44,643 nt of DNA from NCBI GenBank assembly GCA_050996395.1, contig JBPCRX010000127.1, positions 1 through 44,643 on the forward strand, written 5' to 3'. The notes beneath the pieces were generated by a model that saw only the letters and a list, made by a program, of their open reading frames with translations, had not been told where the DNA came from and did not search any database. A program made the position numbers and the translations under genes. Source of the stretch: Nocardioidaceae bacterium (GTDB lineage: Bacteria; Actinomycetota; Actinomycetes; Propionibacteriales; Nocardioidaceae). Of the stretch, positions 24,961-34,962 are shown piece after piece (within the stretch, counting starts at the first letter, position 1; each line of letters starts with the position of its first letter).

Positions 24961-26301
24961 CTAGCCGGTGGGCCAGGTGCTCTCGATCTGGTCGAGCACC
25001 GACTGCGTATCGTCACCTGAGATCCAGGCCACCATGCCCTGCCAGAACGACGCGGCACCCACCTGCGCGGGCATCAGGTCCGAACCGTCGTAGCGGAACA
25101 CGTCAGCGCTCGTGGCTATCTTGGCGATGGAACGGGTGGTCTCGTCGGGGTAGTTGCTGGCGTCGAACGTCTTGTGCGGCGACAGCCAACCACCGGCCTG
25201 AGCCCACTCCGCGCCGAACTTGTCCGACGTCAGGAACTTCATGACCTCTTGCGCATCCGTGTCGGTCCCGTTGAACAGAGCCGCGATGTCTCCACCACCC
25301 AGCACCGGGGTCCCGTCGTAGCCACCCTCGTAGGCAGGGAATGGGAGCACGTCGAAGCTGGCGTCAAGGTTCTTCTGCACGTCATCGGGGTAGAAGCCGG
25401 TGATGAAGTTGCCCTGACGCTGCATCATGCACTTGGGCGGGTCGCTGAGGGACTGGTTGCCAGCCGTCTCGAACGACGTGTTGAGGATGCCGTCCGCACC
25501 GCCGAGCACGTTCTCGTCGTCGGAGCCGAGCAGCTCCTGGTACGCGTCGAAGGCAGCCTTGACCTGCGGGTCGTTGAACGGGATGTCATGGTTCACCCAC
25601 TGGTCGTAGACATCTGGTCCGTTGACACGGAGCATGAACTCCTCGATCCAGTCCGTGCCCACCCAGCCGGTGCCCGCACCAGCCTCGTAGCCCATGCACC
25701 ACGGGGCGATGCCGTCAGCCTTGATCTGGTCACCGATCCCCTCGAGCTCCTGAACGGTCTTGGGGGTCGTGGAGTACCCACCGGCTTCGTACGCCTTCTT
25801 CGGCACCCAGACCAGGCTCTTGACTGCCATGCGCATGGGAGCGCCCCACACCTTGCCGTCGGAGTCGGTCACCGCGTCGAGGAAACCGGGGATCAAGGTG
25901 CTGTTCAGAGTGCCCGTGTCGAGGAAGTTGTCGATCGACGTGAGCTTGCCCTTGGCCGCGATGTCCAGGAGTAGACCCGGCTGAGGGAAGAGCGCAATGT
26001 CTGGGGTGTCACCAGAGCTGACCTTTGTGTTGATCAAAGTGGTGAAGTCGGCGTTGCCGGTGTAGGTGACGTCGATGCCGGACTGGTCCTCGAACGGCTT
26101 CAGCGCCGCCTGGAACGCCTCCTGCTCGGCCCCGGCGAACGCTCCCAGGATCTCGACCTTCTTGTCACCTGTGTCGCTGCCACCACCACCGCTGCTGCTG
26201 CTGCTGCTGGAGTCGCCGCTCGACAGACACGCTGTCGTGGCGAGCGCAGAGATGGCGAACAATGCCGCGACCCTGCGATAAGTCTTGCGATTCACGGACA
26301 T
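24961..26301 (-). CDS. ABC transporter sugar-binding lipoprotein (alpha-glucoside/maltose family)
   Basis: MSVNRKTYRRVAALFAISALATTAC lipobox followed by a Ser/Gly linker. GGAGGA lies 6 nt before ATG 26301 (ATG 26307 is an alternative). TAG stop. Confidence 0.85.
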   Translation of the reverse strand: MSVNRKTYRRVAALFAISALATTACLSSGDSSSSSSSGGGGSDTGDKKVEILGAFAGAEQEAFQAALKPFEDQSGIDVTYTGNADFTTLINTKVSSGDTPDIALFPQPGLLLDIAAKGKLTSIDNFLDTGTLNSTLIPGFLDAVTDSDGKVWGAPMRMAVKSLVWVPKKAYEAGGYSTTPKTVQELEGIGDQIKADGIAPWCMGYEAGAGTGWVGTDWIEEFMLRVNGPDVYDQWVNHDIPFNDPQVKAAFDAYQELLGSDDENVLGGADGILNTSFETAGNQSLSDPPKCMMQRQGNFITGFYPDDVQKNLDASFDVLPFPAYEGGYDGTPVLGGGDIAALFNGTDTDAQEVMKFLTSDKFGAEWAQAGGWLSPHKTFDASNYPDETTRSIAKIATSADVFRYDGSDLMPAQVGAASFWQGMVAWISGDDTQSVLDQIESTWPTG

Positions 26302-26383
26302 TGACATTCCTCCAGGTTGTTGATGGACCGACTCTGTGACTCTGTGAAGGCAACTGACATTAGGGGATGCAGCCGGACTACGC

Positions 26384-28075
26384 TCATGAGACGAGCACCC
26401 ATGCGGAGCAGTCCGGAGCAAGCGTGTCCTCGTCGGACTGGCCTGCTGCCGATGAAAGCAGTAGCTGACCCGCCGGCATGGCGACGGCATCTGCACCCGT
26501 GTTGACCCAACACTCGACCTGTCCGCGCCGAAATGCGAGGACGTCGTCGGGGGCGTCGAGCCAGCTCAGGGGAGACACCCCGCCGAGGTGTCGGCGCCGC
26601 AGCCTGAGCGCCTCGCGGTACAAGGTGAGCATCGAGCCCGGTATGCCGTCCTGGGCGTCAGCCGTGAGCCCGGCCCAGCAGGCCGGCTGCGGCAGCCATG
26701 GTGCAGCGGCCCCGTCAGGGCTGAAGCCGAACGGAGGCGCCTCACCCGACCACGGCAACGGGACTCGGCAACCGTCGCGGCCAGGGTCGGTGTGGTCGGA
26801 CTGCTGCCACGTCGGGTCTTGGCGCAGCTCGTCAGGGATGTCCTCGACCTCCTCGAGGCCGAGCTCCTCACCCTGGTAGATGTAGACAGTCCCCGGCAGC
26901 GCCGCAACCAGCAGGAAGGCAGCCCGGGCCCGCTGCCGACCGAGCGCCAGGTCGGTCGGTCCGAGCTTCGCCAGCTGCCTGAACGTCGCGCTGTCGGTGA
27001 GGTCGTCGGGCTGTGGCCGCGCATAGCGGGTCAGGTGACGCATCACGTCGTGGTTGGACAGCACCCAGGTGCTGGACGCCTCCACCTCGCCGGCCGCTTT
27101 GGCGGCGTCGTCGATCACCTGACGCATGACGCCGCCTCGCCACGGGGACCGGAGGAAGTCGAACTGGAATGCGGTGTGCAGCTCGTCCGGGCGCAGGTAC
27201 TTCGCCAACCGCTCATTGCTTGCCACCCACGCCTCAGCAACGAAGATGCGCGGCGGCTCGTACGAGTCCGCGACCTTGCGCCAGCCGCGGTAGATCTCGT
27301 GGACGTCGTCCTGGTCCCAGGCAGGATGCGGTTCGTCGACCGAACGACTCTCCGGCTGGGCACCGAAGTCCGGAAGTCCGGGCGCCTTGCTCAGGCCGTG
27401 GGCGACGTCGATGCGGAAGCCGTCGACGTCGCGGTCGAACCAGAAGGACAAGATGTCCTCGAACTCGCCGCGGACCTCGGGATTGGTCCAGTCGAGGTCG
27501 GGCTGCGAGGGCGAGAACAGATGGAGGTACCAGTCACCGGCGGACCCGTCGTGGTTCGTCGTCCGGGTCCACGCCGTCCCGCCGAAGTTGCTCTGCCAGT
27601 CATTGGGAGGATGCGCTGCGTCAACGCCCTTGCCGGGGCGGAAGATGTAGCGCTCGCGAGCGGCAACGTCACCAGCGAGTGCGGCCTTGAACCACCTGTG
27701 CTCGGCTGACGTGTGGTTGGGAACGATGTCGAGCAGCACCCGCAGTCCGGCCGAGTGCGCCGCCTCGATGAGCTGCTCTGCCTGCGACATAGTGCCGAAC
27801 ACCGGGTCGATGTCGCGATAGTCGGCGACGTCGTAGCCGGCGTCAGCCATCGGCGAGGGGTACCACGGGTTGACCCACAACGCGTCCACACCCAGATCGG
27901 CGAGGTAGGGCAACCGAGCGCACAGACCCCCGATATCCCCGAGGCCGTCGCCATCGCTGTCAGCGAAGCTTCGGATGTACACCTGGTAGACGACCGCGGT
28001 CTTCCACCAGGGCAGCAGCTCGGTTGCGGTGACAGAGGACGTACCGATCGGGTCGGGCCGTCCCTGCGATGCCAC
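26384..28075 (-). CDS. GH13 alpha-glucosidase (oligo-1,6-glucosidase/AglA-like)
   Basis: WWKTAVVYQVYIRSFADSDGDGLGDIGG, DIVPNHTS, GFRIDVAHG and EAW are present. GTG 28075 is preceded by GAAGGAG (GGAG-to-GTG spacing 8 nt). GTG 28102 is an alternative. Confidence 0.85.
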   Translation of the reverse strand: MASQGRPDPIGTSSVTATELLPWWKTAVVYQVYIRSFADSDGDGLGDIGGLCARLPYLADLGVDALWVNPWYPSPMADAGYDVADYRDIDPVFGTMSQAEQLIEAAHSAGLRVLLDIVPNHTSAEHRWFKAALAGDVAARERYIFRPGKGVDAAHPPNDWQSNFGGTAWTRTTNHDGSAGDWYLHLFSPSQPDLDWTNPEVRGEFEDILSFWFDRDVDGFRIDVAHGLSKAPGLPDFGAQPESRSVDEPHPAWDQDDVHEIYRGWRKVADSYEPPRIFVAEAWVASNERLAKYLRPDELHTAFQFDFLRSPWRGGVMRQVIDDAAKAAGEVEASSTWVLSNHDVMRHLTRYARPQPDDLTDSATFRQLAKLGPTDLALGRQRARAAFLLVAALPGTVYIYQGEELGLEEVEDIPDELRQDPTWQQSDHTDPGRDGCRVPLPWSGEAPPFGFSPDGAAAPWLPQPACWAGLTADAQDGIPGSMLTLYREALRLRRRHLGGVSPLSWLDAPDDVLAFRRGQVECWVNTGADAVAMPAGQLLLSSAAGQSDEDTLAPDCSAWVLVS

Positions 28076-28199
28076 GATGAGCGCTCCTTCAAGCCTTCTC
28101 ACGCAAACGATTACGCACTAGAGTGACGGTGATCACAGCGGTTGTCAATGCTTGGCAAGCAGGTGTTCCCAAACTGTGTTCTCCGAGAAAGACGAGGAC

Positions 28200-29234
28200 G
28201 TGGCTGAACCATCGGTCGACAGGGCGCCTCAGATCAACATGGCCGACGTCGCGCGTCACGCCGGGGTATCGACCGCCACAGTCTCCAGAGCACTTCGCGG
28301 CCTTCCGGGGGTGTCCGAGCCGACGCGGCAGCGCATCAAGGAGCTCGCCGACGAGCTCGCCTATGTCGTCTCGCCTGAGGCATCCCGGCTATCCGGTGGT
28401 GGCACTGGCCGAGTTGCCCTCGTGGTTCCCTCGATCAACCGATGGTTTTACGCCAGCATCCTGGCCGGCATCGAGGCGGTCCTTCGGCGGGCCGACATCG
28501 ATGTCCTCATCTACCACGTGGAGACGGCCGCGGACCGATCGCGGTTCTTCGAGCGTCTACCAGCTCGCCGCAAGGTGGACGCCGTCGTGCTCATCGCGCT
28601 ACCGGTGACCGAGGCGGAGCTCAGGCGGCTCGAGCTCATGGGCGTCTCCGTTGTGGTTGCCGGCGGCACCACTAAGGACTACCCGAACGTGTGCATCGAC
28701 GACGCGGAGGTTGCGGGCAAGGCCGTCGACCACCTGATCCGCCTCGGGCATCGGTCCATTGCGATGATCCGCACGACGGACCTCGACGGGACGATCTGGG
28801 CGCCAGAACGGGCACGCACCCGAGGGTTCCAGTCCAGCCTGGCACGTGCCGGGCTGGACTGCCGGGAGGAGTGGTTGGTGACCGTGCCCTGGGGCATCGA
28901 CGGCGGCGCTCGTGCGATGGACCAGCTGCTCAGCCTGGAGCAGATGCCGACGGCGGTTTTCGCCTATTCCGACGAGGTCGCCATGGGCGCCCTACGGAGC
29001 CTGCGCCGGGCTGGCATCGACGTGCCGGGGCAGATGTCCATCATCGGCGTCGACGACCACCCGCTTGCCGAACTGTCGGACCTCACAACCGTTCACCAGT
29101 CAGTCGAAATGCAGGGGACCTTTGCCGGCGGGATCGTCCTCGACCAGATGCAGGGTCGCGTGCCGGCCGAGCCGCATGTCGTGGTGCCGACGCAGCTGGT
29201 CGTCCGCGGCTCTACGGGACCGCCGCCGCCCTGA
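28200..29234 (+). CDS. LacI family transcriptional regulator
   Basis: HTH: INMADVARHAGVSTATVSRALRG, followed by a periplasmic-binding-fold body. Divergent from the glucosidase operon. The start is uncertain (GTG 28200 or ATG 28239). Confidence 0.85.
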   Translation: MAEPSVDRAPQINMADVARHAGVSTATVSRALRGLPGVSEPTRQRIKELADELAYVVSPEASRLSGGGTGRVALVVPSINRWFYASILAGIEAVLRRADIDVLIYHVETAADRSRFFERLPARRKVDAVVLIALPVTEAELRRLELMGVSVVVAGGTTKDYPNVCIDDAEVAGKAVDHLIRLGHRSIAMIRTTDLDGTIWAPERARTRGFQSSLARAGLDCREEWLVTVPWGIDGGARAMDQLLSLEQMPTAVFAYSDEVAMGALRSLRRAGIDVPGQMSIIGVDDHPLAELSDLTTVHQSVEMQGTFAGGIVLDQMQGRVPAEPHVVVPTQLVVRGSTGPPPP

Positions 29235-29281
29235 CGGCGATGGCTGAATTCACTTCGCGACCGAGAGGGCCAAACAGGGAG

Positions 29282-29354
29282 CTCCCGCGATTGGACTCGA
29301 ACCAATAACCTGCCGGTTAACAGCCGGCTGCTCTGCCAATTGAGCTACGCGGGA
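29282..29354 (-). tRNA. tRNA-Asn (anticodon GTT)
   Basis: Reverse complement TCCCGCGTAGCTCAATTGGCAGAGCAGCCGGCTGTTAACCGGCAGGTTATTGGTTCGAGTCCAATCGCGGGAG. Anticodon stem GCCGG/CCGGC, loop CTGTTAA. Confidence 0.9.
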
Positions 29355-29479
29355 CGGTGCCCCGATCGGGGGGAGCCCGCCGCCAAGATTAGCAACAGGC
29401 CGCTCGAGAGGCGAAACCACTTCGGAGCCCCTGCGCTGATGCTGCGGAAGCCTTCCCCGGCGAGACGCCTGGCCGGAGT

Positions 29480-30013
29480 TCACAGGTCCTGCAGCTCGGC
29501 TCGAGCCGCGACCAGTGTCGCCGACGCCACCTTCTGGACACGCGGGTCCGCTGGGTCGAGGCCAGCCGTCACGACATACGACCACGCGACCGGACCTTCG
29601 CCCGACGGTGCTCGGCGGGCCACGACGTTGACTCCGCGCTTGCCGACGACGTAGGCGAATCTGCTCAGCAGCACCGACCTCGTCACTCGTTCTCGAAGCA
29701 GCTCGAGCAGCTGCCCAGGGAACTCGACGACGATGTCGGTACGGCGCTCGGGCTCCCCCCAATCAGCCAGCTCCACGATGGACAACTCGTCGCTGTCGCT
29801 GCGCCAGTCGGCACGCTCGATGTGCTGCCATGGCAGGGGGCGCCACGCCGGGTCGTCGTGACGGTGGAGGGCCCGCTCGGTGCCGACGAGCCATGAGCCG
29901 TCGCGGCAACGGGCCCAGGCGAGGGGTCGCTCACCTCGTTGCAGGTCGAGCTCCGCCACGACTGCGCGCGGCAGCTTCAGTCGGGTTGGCTGCGACCTCC
30001 TGCCGATGACCAC
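29480..30013 (-). CDS. conserved hypothetical protein downstream of dnaG
   Basis: 177-aa ORF with GC-rich third codon positions. Its GTG start directly abuts the dnaG TAG stop (TAG-GTG). No family recognised. Confidence 0.5.
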   Translation of the reverse strand: MVIGRRSQPTRLKLPRAVVAELDLQRGERPLAWARCRDGSWLVGTERALHRHDDPAWRPLPWQHIERADWRSDSDELSIVELADWGEPERRTDIVVEFPGQLLELLRERVTRSVLLSRFAYVVGKRGVNVVARRAPSGEGPVAWSYVVTAGLDPADPRVQKVASATLVAARAELQDL

Positions 30014-31894
30014 CTAGAGGGTGCTGCCGATCGCCTGCTCGCGCAGTGCCCGCCGGTGGCTCTCGAGCGCGACCAGCTCACCGAACATCTTGTTGTAGCT
30101 CGTGGCTTCGGTGACCGGGTTCGTGCGTTGCAGCTTGGACTTGACCTGGTTGATACGGCGCAGAGCCGTGAGCTCGCAGAGACGGACGACGTAGGAGGAC
30201 GCGAGCCGACTGTCGGGGGTGCCAGACACCTCGAGCGGTTCGACGGACAAGGCACCGATCAGGCCCCTGATCTCGGCATCGGCGACTGCCCGCTGCAGCC
30301 GTGCCGTGTCGACCTCCCGCACACCACCCACGCGTCCGACCGCCTCGAAGATGTCGCGGTAGTAGGGATGAGTGAAGTCCTCGGCGCTGACGTCGTCCCA
30401 AGACGGTGCGACGACGTCGCGGTACTGGATCAAGAGCTTGAGCACGTCACGTTCGATGCTGAAGCGTCGCTCGCGGAGGTCGGGGATCTCCGAAGCAGCT
30501 GCCGCGCCGGTGCCCTTGCGCTGTGAACGGTCGGCCGCGGCGGTGGAGCGGTCGCCGTCTCCCTTAGCCGCCCTGCGCACCTCCGCACGCACGTCGTCGA
30601 CGTTGGCGCCAACCATGCCAGCCAGTTCCCGGGAGAACGCATCGACCTTGGACTTGTCCCGCACGCTTGCCACCAGTCGCGCGGCCTCACGGACGGCGTC
30701 GATGCGACTGTCGGCCCGGTCGAGGTCGAAGCGGGACACGACGTTGCCCAGCACGAACCGATAGAGCGGCACCCGCCGGGCGACCAGCTCACGCACCGCG
30801 GCGTCGCCGTCGGACAGGCGCAGCTCGCAGGGGTCGCGCCCGTCGGGCTCGACGGCTACATAGGTCTGCCCGACGAACTGCTGATCACCCTCGAACGCCT
30901 TCAACGCGGCCCGCTGGCCGGCCTCGTCCCCGTCGAACGTGTAGATCACCTCGCCGCGGAACTCGTCGTGGTCGAGGAGCAGCCGGCGCAGGATGCGAGC
31001 GTGGTCGGGCCCGAATGCGGTGCCACAGGTGGCGATGGCGGTCTTGACGCCGGAGAGGTGACAGGCCATCACGTCGGTGTATCCCTCGACCACCACAGCC
31101 TGAGAGCTGCGGGCGATCTCCTTGCGCGCGAGATCAACGCCGTAAAGCTGGTGGCTCTTCTTGTACAGAGGCGTCTCGGGGGTGTTGAGGTACTTGGCGT
31201 CGACCCGGTCGTCGTCGAAGAGACGACGCGCCCCGAAACCCACGACGTCACCCGAGACCTCGCGGATCGGCCACAGCAGCCTGCCCCTGAACCGGTCATA
31301 CGGTCCCCGGCTGCTTCGCGCCACCAGGCCGGCCAGGACCAGCTCGTCGTCTCTCAGGCCCCGTGAGCGCAGATGGCTGAGAAGCCCGTCGCCGCTACGG
31401 GGCGCGAACCCGACTCCGAAGAGCTCCGCGGCGTCGCGGTCGAAGCCCCGCTCGGACAAGAACGCTCGGCCGACGACCGCCTCGGGCGTCGCCAGCTGGT
31501 CGACGTAGAACTGCGCGGCCAGCCGGTTGGCCTCCACCAGGCGACTTCGCTGGCCCGGGTCGCGTCGCGGGCCGGCAGGTTGGCCCTCGTCGACGTACCG
31601 CAGCGCGACTCCGAACCGACCGGCGAGTCGTTCGACGGCCTCGCTGAACCCGACACCCTCTATCTTCTGCACGAAGGTGATGACGTCGCCGCCCTCCTGG
31701 CAGCCGAAGCAGTGGAAGAAGCCGCGGGCGGGTGTCACATGGAACGACGGGCTCTTCTCGTCGTGGAAGGGACATAGGCCCTTCATCGATCCGCCGCCGG
31801 CACTTCTCATCGTGACGTGGTCGGAGACCACCTCGTCGATGCGAGCCTGTTCTCGCACGAGAGCGATGTCGTCCTCGCGGATGCGGCCTGTCAC
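30014..31894 (-). CDS. dnaG: DNA primase
   Basis: Zinc ribbon CPFHDEKSPSFHVTPARGFFHCFGCQEGGD and TOPRIM region VVVEGYTDVMA. 626 aa. Confidence 0.95.
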   Translation of the reverse strand: MTGRIREDDIALVREQARIDEVVSDHVTMRSAGGGSMKGLCPFHDEKSPSFHVTPARGFFHCFGCQEGGDVITFVQKIEGVGFSEAVERLAGRFGVALRYVDEGQPAGPRRDPGQRSRLVEANRLAAQFYVDQLATPEAVVGRAFLSERGFDRDAAELFGVGFAPRSGDGLLSHLRSRGLRDDELVLAGLVARSSRGPYDRFRGRLLWPIREVSGDVVGFGARRLFDDDRVDAKYLNTPETPLYKKSHQLYGVDLARKEIARSSQAVVVEGYTDVMACHLSGVKTAIATCGTAFGPDHARILRRLLLDHDEFRGEVIYTFDGDEAGQRAALKAFEGDQQFVGQTYVAVEPDGRDPCELRLSDGDAAVRELVARRVPLYRFVLGNVVSRFDLDRADSRIDAVREAARLVASVRDKSKVDAFSRELAGMVGANVDDVRAEVRRAAKGDGDRSTAAADRSQRKGTGAAAASEIPDLRERRFSIERDVLKLLIQYRDVVAPSWDDVSAEDFTHPYYRDIFEAVGRVGGVREVDTARLQRAVADAEIRGLIGALSVEPLEVSGTPDSRLASSYVVRLCELTALRRINQVKSKLQRTNPVTEATSYNKMFGELVALESHRRALREQAIGSTL

Positions 31895-31903
31895 GCGGTG
31901 AGT

Positions 31904-33193
31904 CTACGCAGGTCCCAGCAGCCGGTGATGGGCATCCACAGCCGACGAGTCGGTCAACGACGCGACCTGGTCGACGACCACACGCCGCCTCGCGGAGTCG
32001 TCTGTGGCGGCGTCGAAGTCGATCCGGAAAATCGGTGCGAGCGAGGCCGGAGCGCGTCGCCAGAAGGCGTCGACAAGCTCTGCGAGCAGCTCTCGCTGGC
32101 GTGCATGAGCCGCCACCCGGTCGTCGGCCTGCATCACCAGGTGAGCGGCGATGCCCTTGAGGAGGGCGATCTCCTCCGCGATCTCGGCCGGCACCTCGAC
32201 GTCGGCGGCATACCGGCTCAGATGCTGCGGCAGCCCGTTCTCGCGCATGGCCCTCTGGACGGCGACGCAGAACCGCCCGATCAGTTCACTGGTGAGGTTC
32301 TTGAGCGCAGCCAGGTGCGCACGGCTGCCGTCGTATGACGCCTGAGGCCAGCTGGCCAGCTGCGCCAGCCGCACGAAGGCCGCCTCCAGCGGGTCAAGCT
32401 CGGCCCCTGGGAGGTACCAGTCCCTGACGGTCGCCAGCACGTCGGCCCGCAGCCCACGGTCAGCCGTCAACCGGGGCAGGTCAACGCGACCGGCCACGAC
32501 GCCGTCCTCCACGTCGTGCACGCTGTAGGCAACGTCGTCGGCGACGTCCATGATCTGAGCCTCGACACAGACACGCCGACCGGGCGCGGGTTGTCGCATC
32601 CATTCGAAGAGTTCGCGGTCGTCGGCGTAGACGCCGAACTTGGGCACCGAGCGGACCAACCCGTCGCCGTGGCGGTCCCTTGGCCGACTGGCGGACTCGC
32701 GTGGCCAGGGGTACTTCATGGAGGCGTCGAGCACGGCCCGCGTCAGGTTGAGCCCGAGGCTTCTACCGCTCGGCGCCAGCGTCTTCGCCTCCAGCCTGGT
32801 GAGCAGCCGGAAGGTCTGGGCGTTGCCCTCAAACCCGCCGATCTCGGCCGCCGCCTGGTCGAGCGCGGCTTCGCCGTTGTGCCCGAAGGGAGGGTGGCCG
32901 AGATCATGGGCGAGACAGGCCGCCTCCACGACGTCGGGGTGGCAGCCGAGGGAATAGGCGAGGTCGCGCCCGACCTGCGCGACTTCGAGGGTGTGGGTCA
33001 AACGGTTGCGGACGAAGTCGTGGCTCGACGGACCGACCACCTGCGTCTTGGCCGCCAGGCGGCGAAGCGCGGCCGAGTGGACGATGCGCGCGCGGTCGCG
33101 TTCGAAGGTCGGCCGGCTCGACCTGTTCAGTTCGTCCAGGTAGCGCGCAACGTCCTCCGCGTCATACGCCGAAACGGCTGCCAACGCCGTCAC
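31904..33193 (-). CDS. dgt: dGTP triphosphohydrolase-like HD-domain protein
   Basis: RIVHSAALRRLAAKTQV, HD motif CLAHDLGHPPFGH. GTGA overlap with dus. It sits next to dnaG, as in mycobacteria. Confidence 0.9.
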   Translation of the reverse strand: MTALAAVSAYDAEDVARYLDELNRSSRPTFERDRARIVHSAALRRLAAKTQVVGPSSHDFVRNRLTHTLEVAQVGRDLAYSLGCHPDVVEAACLAHDLGHPPFGHNGEAALDQAAAEIGGFEGNAQTFRLLTRLEAKTLAPSGRSLGLNLTRAVLDASMKYPWPRESASRPRDRHGDGLVRSVPKFGVYADDRELFEWMRQPAPGRRVCVEAQIMDVADDVAYSVHDVEDGVVAGRVDLPRLTADRGLRADVLATVRDWYLPGAELDPLEAAFVRLAQLASWPQASYDGSRAHLAALKNLTSELIGRFCVAVQRAMRENGLPQHLSRYAADVEVPAEIAEEIALLKGIAAHLVMQADDRVAAHARQRELLAELVDAFWRRAPASLAPIFRIDFDAATDDSARRRVVVDQVASLTDSSAVDAHHRLLGPA

Positions 33194-34302
33194 CCGCCGG
33201 AAACCCCGAGCTCGGCATCTGAACTGACCGCGAGGTCGTCACGGGTTCGCAGCCAGCCTTCTGGGAGGGCCACCCTGCGAGGGCTGCCCTGGCGCCCGCG
33301 TGGAGTGCCCAGCTCCGCGACGGGGAAGAGCTCAGCGGTGTCCAGCTGGGCGAGCAGCCGCTCGAGTGTGGCCATGGTGTCCACCAGAGCGAGGGCCCGG
33401 CGCAGCTCGCCGCCGGCGGAGAACCCCTTGAGATACCACGCGACGTGCTTGCGGAACTCCTTGCAGCCTCGCTCCTCCCCGAGATAGGCAACGAGCAGCT
33501 CGGCGTGGCGACCCATCATGGTGGCGACCTCACCGAGCGTCGGCAGCGCAGGTGCGGGCTGTCCGACGAAGGCGGCTGCCAGGTCGCGGAACAGCCAGGG
33601 CCGGCCCAGGCAGCCACGCCCGACGACGACGCCTGAGCACCCCGTCGCGTCCATCATCCGCAAGGCGTCTGACGCCTCCCAGATGTCGCCGTTGCCGAGC
33701 ACTGGGATGTCGACGGCCGCCGCGAGCTGACCGATCGCGTCCCAGTCGGCGGAGCCGGAGTAGTGCTGAGCCGCCGTTCGGGCGTGCAGGGCGATTGCCG
33801 CGCAGCCGGACTCCTGGGCGATCCGTCCTGCGTCGAGGTAGGTGGAGTGGTCGTCGTCGATGCCCTTGCGTGTCTTCATCGTGACCGGCACACCGAACTC
33901 CTCGGCCGCCGCGACCGTCGCCTCCAGGATGGCGCCAAGCAGTCGCCGCTTCCAGGGCAAGGCAGCGCCGCCTCCCTTACGCGTCACCTTGGGAACGGGG
34001 CAGCCGAAGTTGAGGTCGATGTGGTCGACGCCGTGGTCTCCGCACAAGATCTTGGCGGCAAGCGACATGTGTGTCGGGTCGACGCCATACAGCTGCACGG
34101 ACCGGATCGACTCCCCCGGGTCGAAGACGAGCATGCCCTGGGTCGCTTGGTCGCCTTCGACGAGTCCTCGGCTGGTGATCATCTCGCACACGTAGATGCC
34201 GGCTCCCTGCTCACGGCACAGGGTGCGGAACGCCGCGTTGGTGACACCGGCCATGGGTGCGAGCACGACCGGTGGTGTGACCTCCAGCGGGCCAAGCTTC
34301 AC
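33190..34302 (-). CDS. dus: tRNA-dihydrouridine synthase
   Basis: VLAPMAGVTNAAFRTLCRE, DLNFGCP and ALHARTA are present. Start set at GTG 34302, giving a GTGA overlap with the upstream lipoprotein stop. The ORF extends to 34347. Confidence 0.85.
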   Translation of the reverse strand: MKLGPLEVTPPVVLAPMAGVTNAAFRTLCREQGAGIYVCEMITSRGLVEGDQATQGMLVFDPGESIRSVQLYGVDPTHMSLAAKILCGDHGVDHIDLNFGCPVPKVTRKGGGAALPWKRRLLGAILEATVAAAEEFGVPVTMKTRKGIDDDHSTYLDAGRIAQESGCAAIALHARTAAQHYSGSADWDAIGQLAAAVDIPVLGNGDIWEASDALRMMDATGCSGVVVGRGCLGRPWLFRDLAAAFVGQPAPALPTLGEVATMMGRHAELLVAYLGEERGCKEFRKHVAWYLKGFSAGGELRRALALVDTMATLERLLAQLDTAELFPVAELGTPRGRQGSPRRVALPEGWLRTRDDLAVSSDAELGVSGG

Positions 34303-34949
34303 CGGGTTCTCCAGACGGTGACATCTCTTGGCCGATGACCTCGCCACTGCACCGAGAGCAACGGCCCGTGGCGAGGAACGGCCATCACCAGGCAGACCCG
34401 GGCGATCGCCCCGGCGCGGAAGGGGGTGGGAAGCGGAGTGTCGTCACAGCGTGGGTATGACGGTCCGAATCTGACCGGCTGCACCACCCGGTGTGCCGAC
34501 ACTTGACCGAACAACAGCACCCGCCGCCCGTCGAGCTCGCGCCTGCTGGCGTTCTTCACCCGAACATGCACGTAGAAGACGCTGGAGTGACGAATCCGGG
34601 GTCCCAGAACGAACGCGTCAAGGTCGGCGATCCTGCCGCGTTGCACGTTGGTCACCGCCATCGTCACCGGCACCGCCTTGTGGCGTTTGGAGACCATGGT
34701 GACCTCGGCCCGCCGGCCCAGTGCGAGCGTCGGGGCCGGCGGCGTGTTGGTTGTCGTAGTCCCCGTGGATGACGCCGCAACGGAGGGCGCGGTCGAGACG
34801 TCGGAGGTGGTGCTCGGACTCGTCGCTGCCGTGTTGGCGCCCCCTGCGTTGGTACAGCCCGACAGGGTCAGGAGGCCCGTGATCAGTACAGGGACCACCA
34901 GCACATTGCGCGGCAACCCTCGGTTGACACCAGAGCGAAGCGTTCTCAT
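34299..34949 (-). CDS. hypothetical lipoprotein
   Basis: Lipobox LLTLSGC after a TM-like signal, followed by a Thr/Ser/Ala-rich linker. Confidence 0.6.
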   Translation of the reverse strand: MRTLRSGVNRGLPRNVLVVPVLITGLLTLSGCTNAGGANTAATSPSTTSDVSTAPSVAASSTGTTTTNTPPAPTLALGRRAEVTMVSKRHKAVPVTMAVTNVQRGRIADLDAFVLGPRIRHSSVFYVHVRVKNASRRELDGRRVLLFGQVSAHRVVQPVRFGPSYPRCDDTPLPTPFRAGAIARVCLVMAVPRHGPLLSVQWRGHRPRDVTVWRTR

Positions 34950-34962
34950 CGACCGGCCGCGG

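Noticed and set aside
28150-28160. GCTTGGCAAGC palindrome, and the nearby GTGATCAC, as the LacI-family operator of the glucosidase operon.
   Set aside because: The palindromes are short (an 11-bp palindrome with 5-bp arms, and an 8-bp palindrome). I could not find a second copy by eye, and I cannot compute enrichment. This is not enough to call a feature.
106-29354. Whether one of the three tRNAs could be an amber suppressor that explains the in-frame TAGs.
   Set aside because: The anticodons read TAC (Val), CAT (Met/Ile2) and GTT (Asn). None is CTA, and no pyl-like genes are seen in the window.
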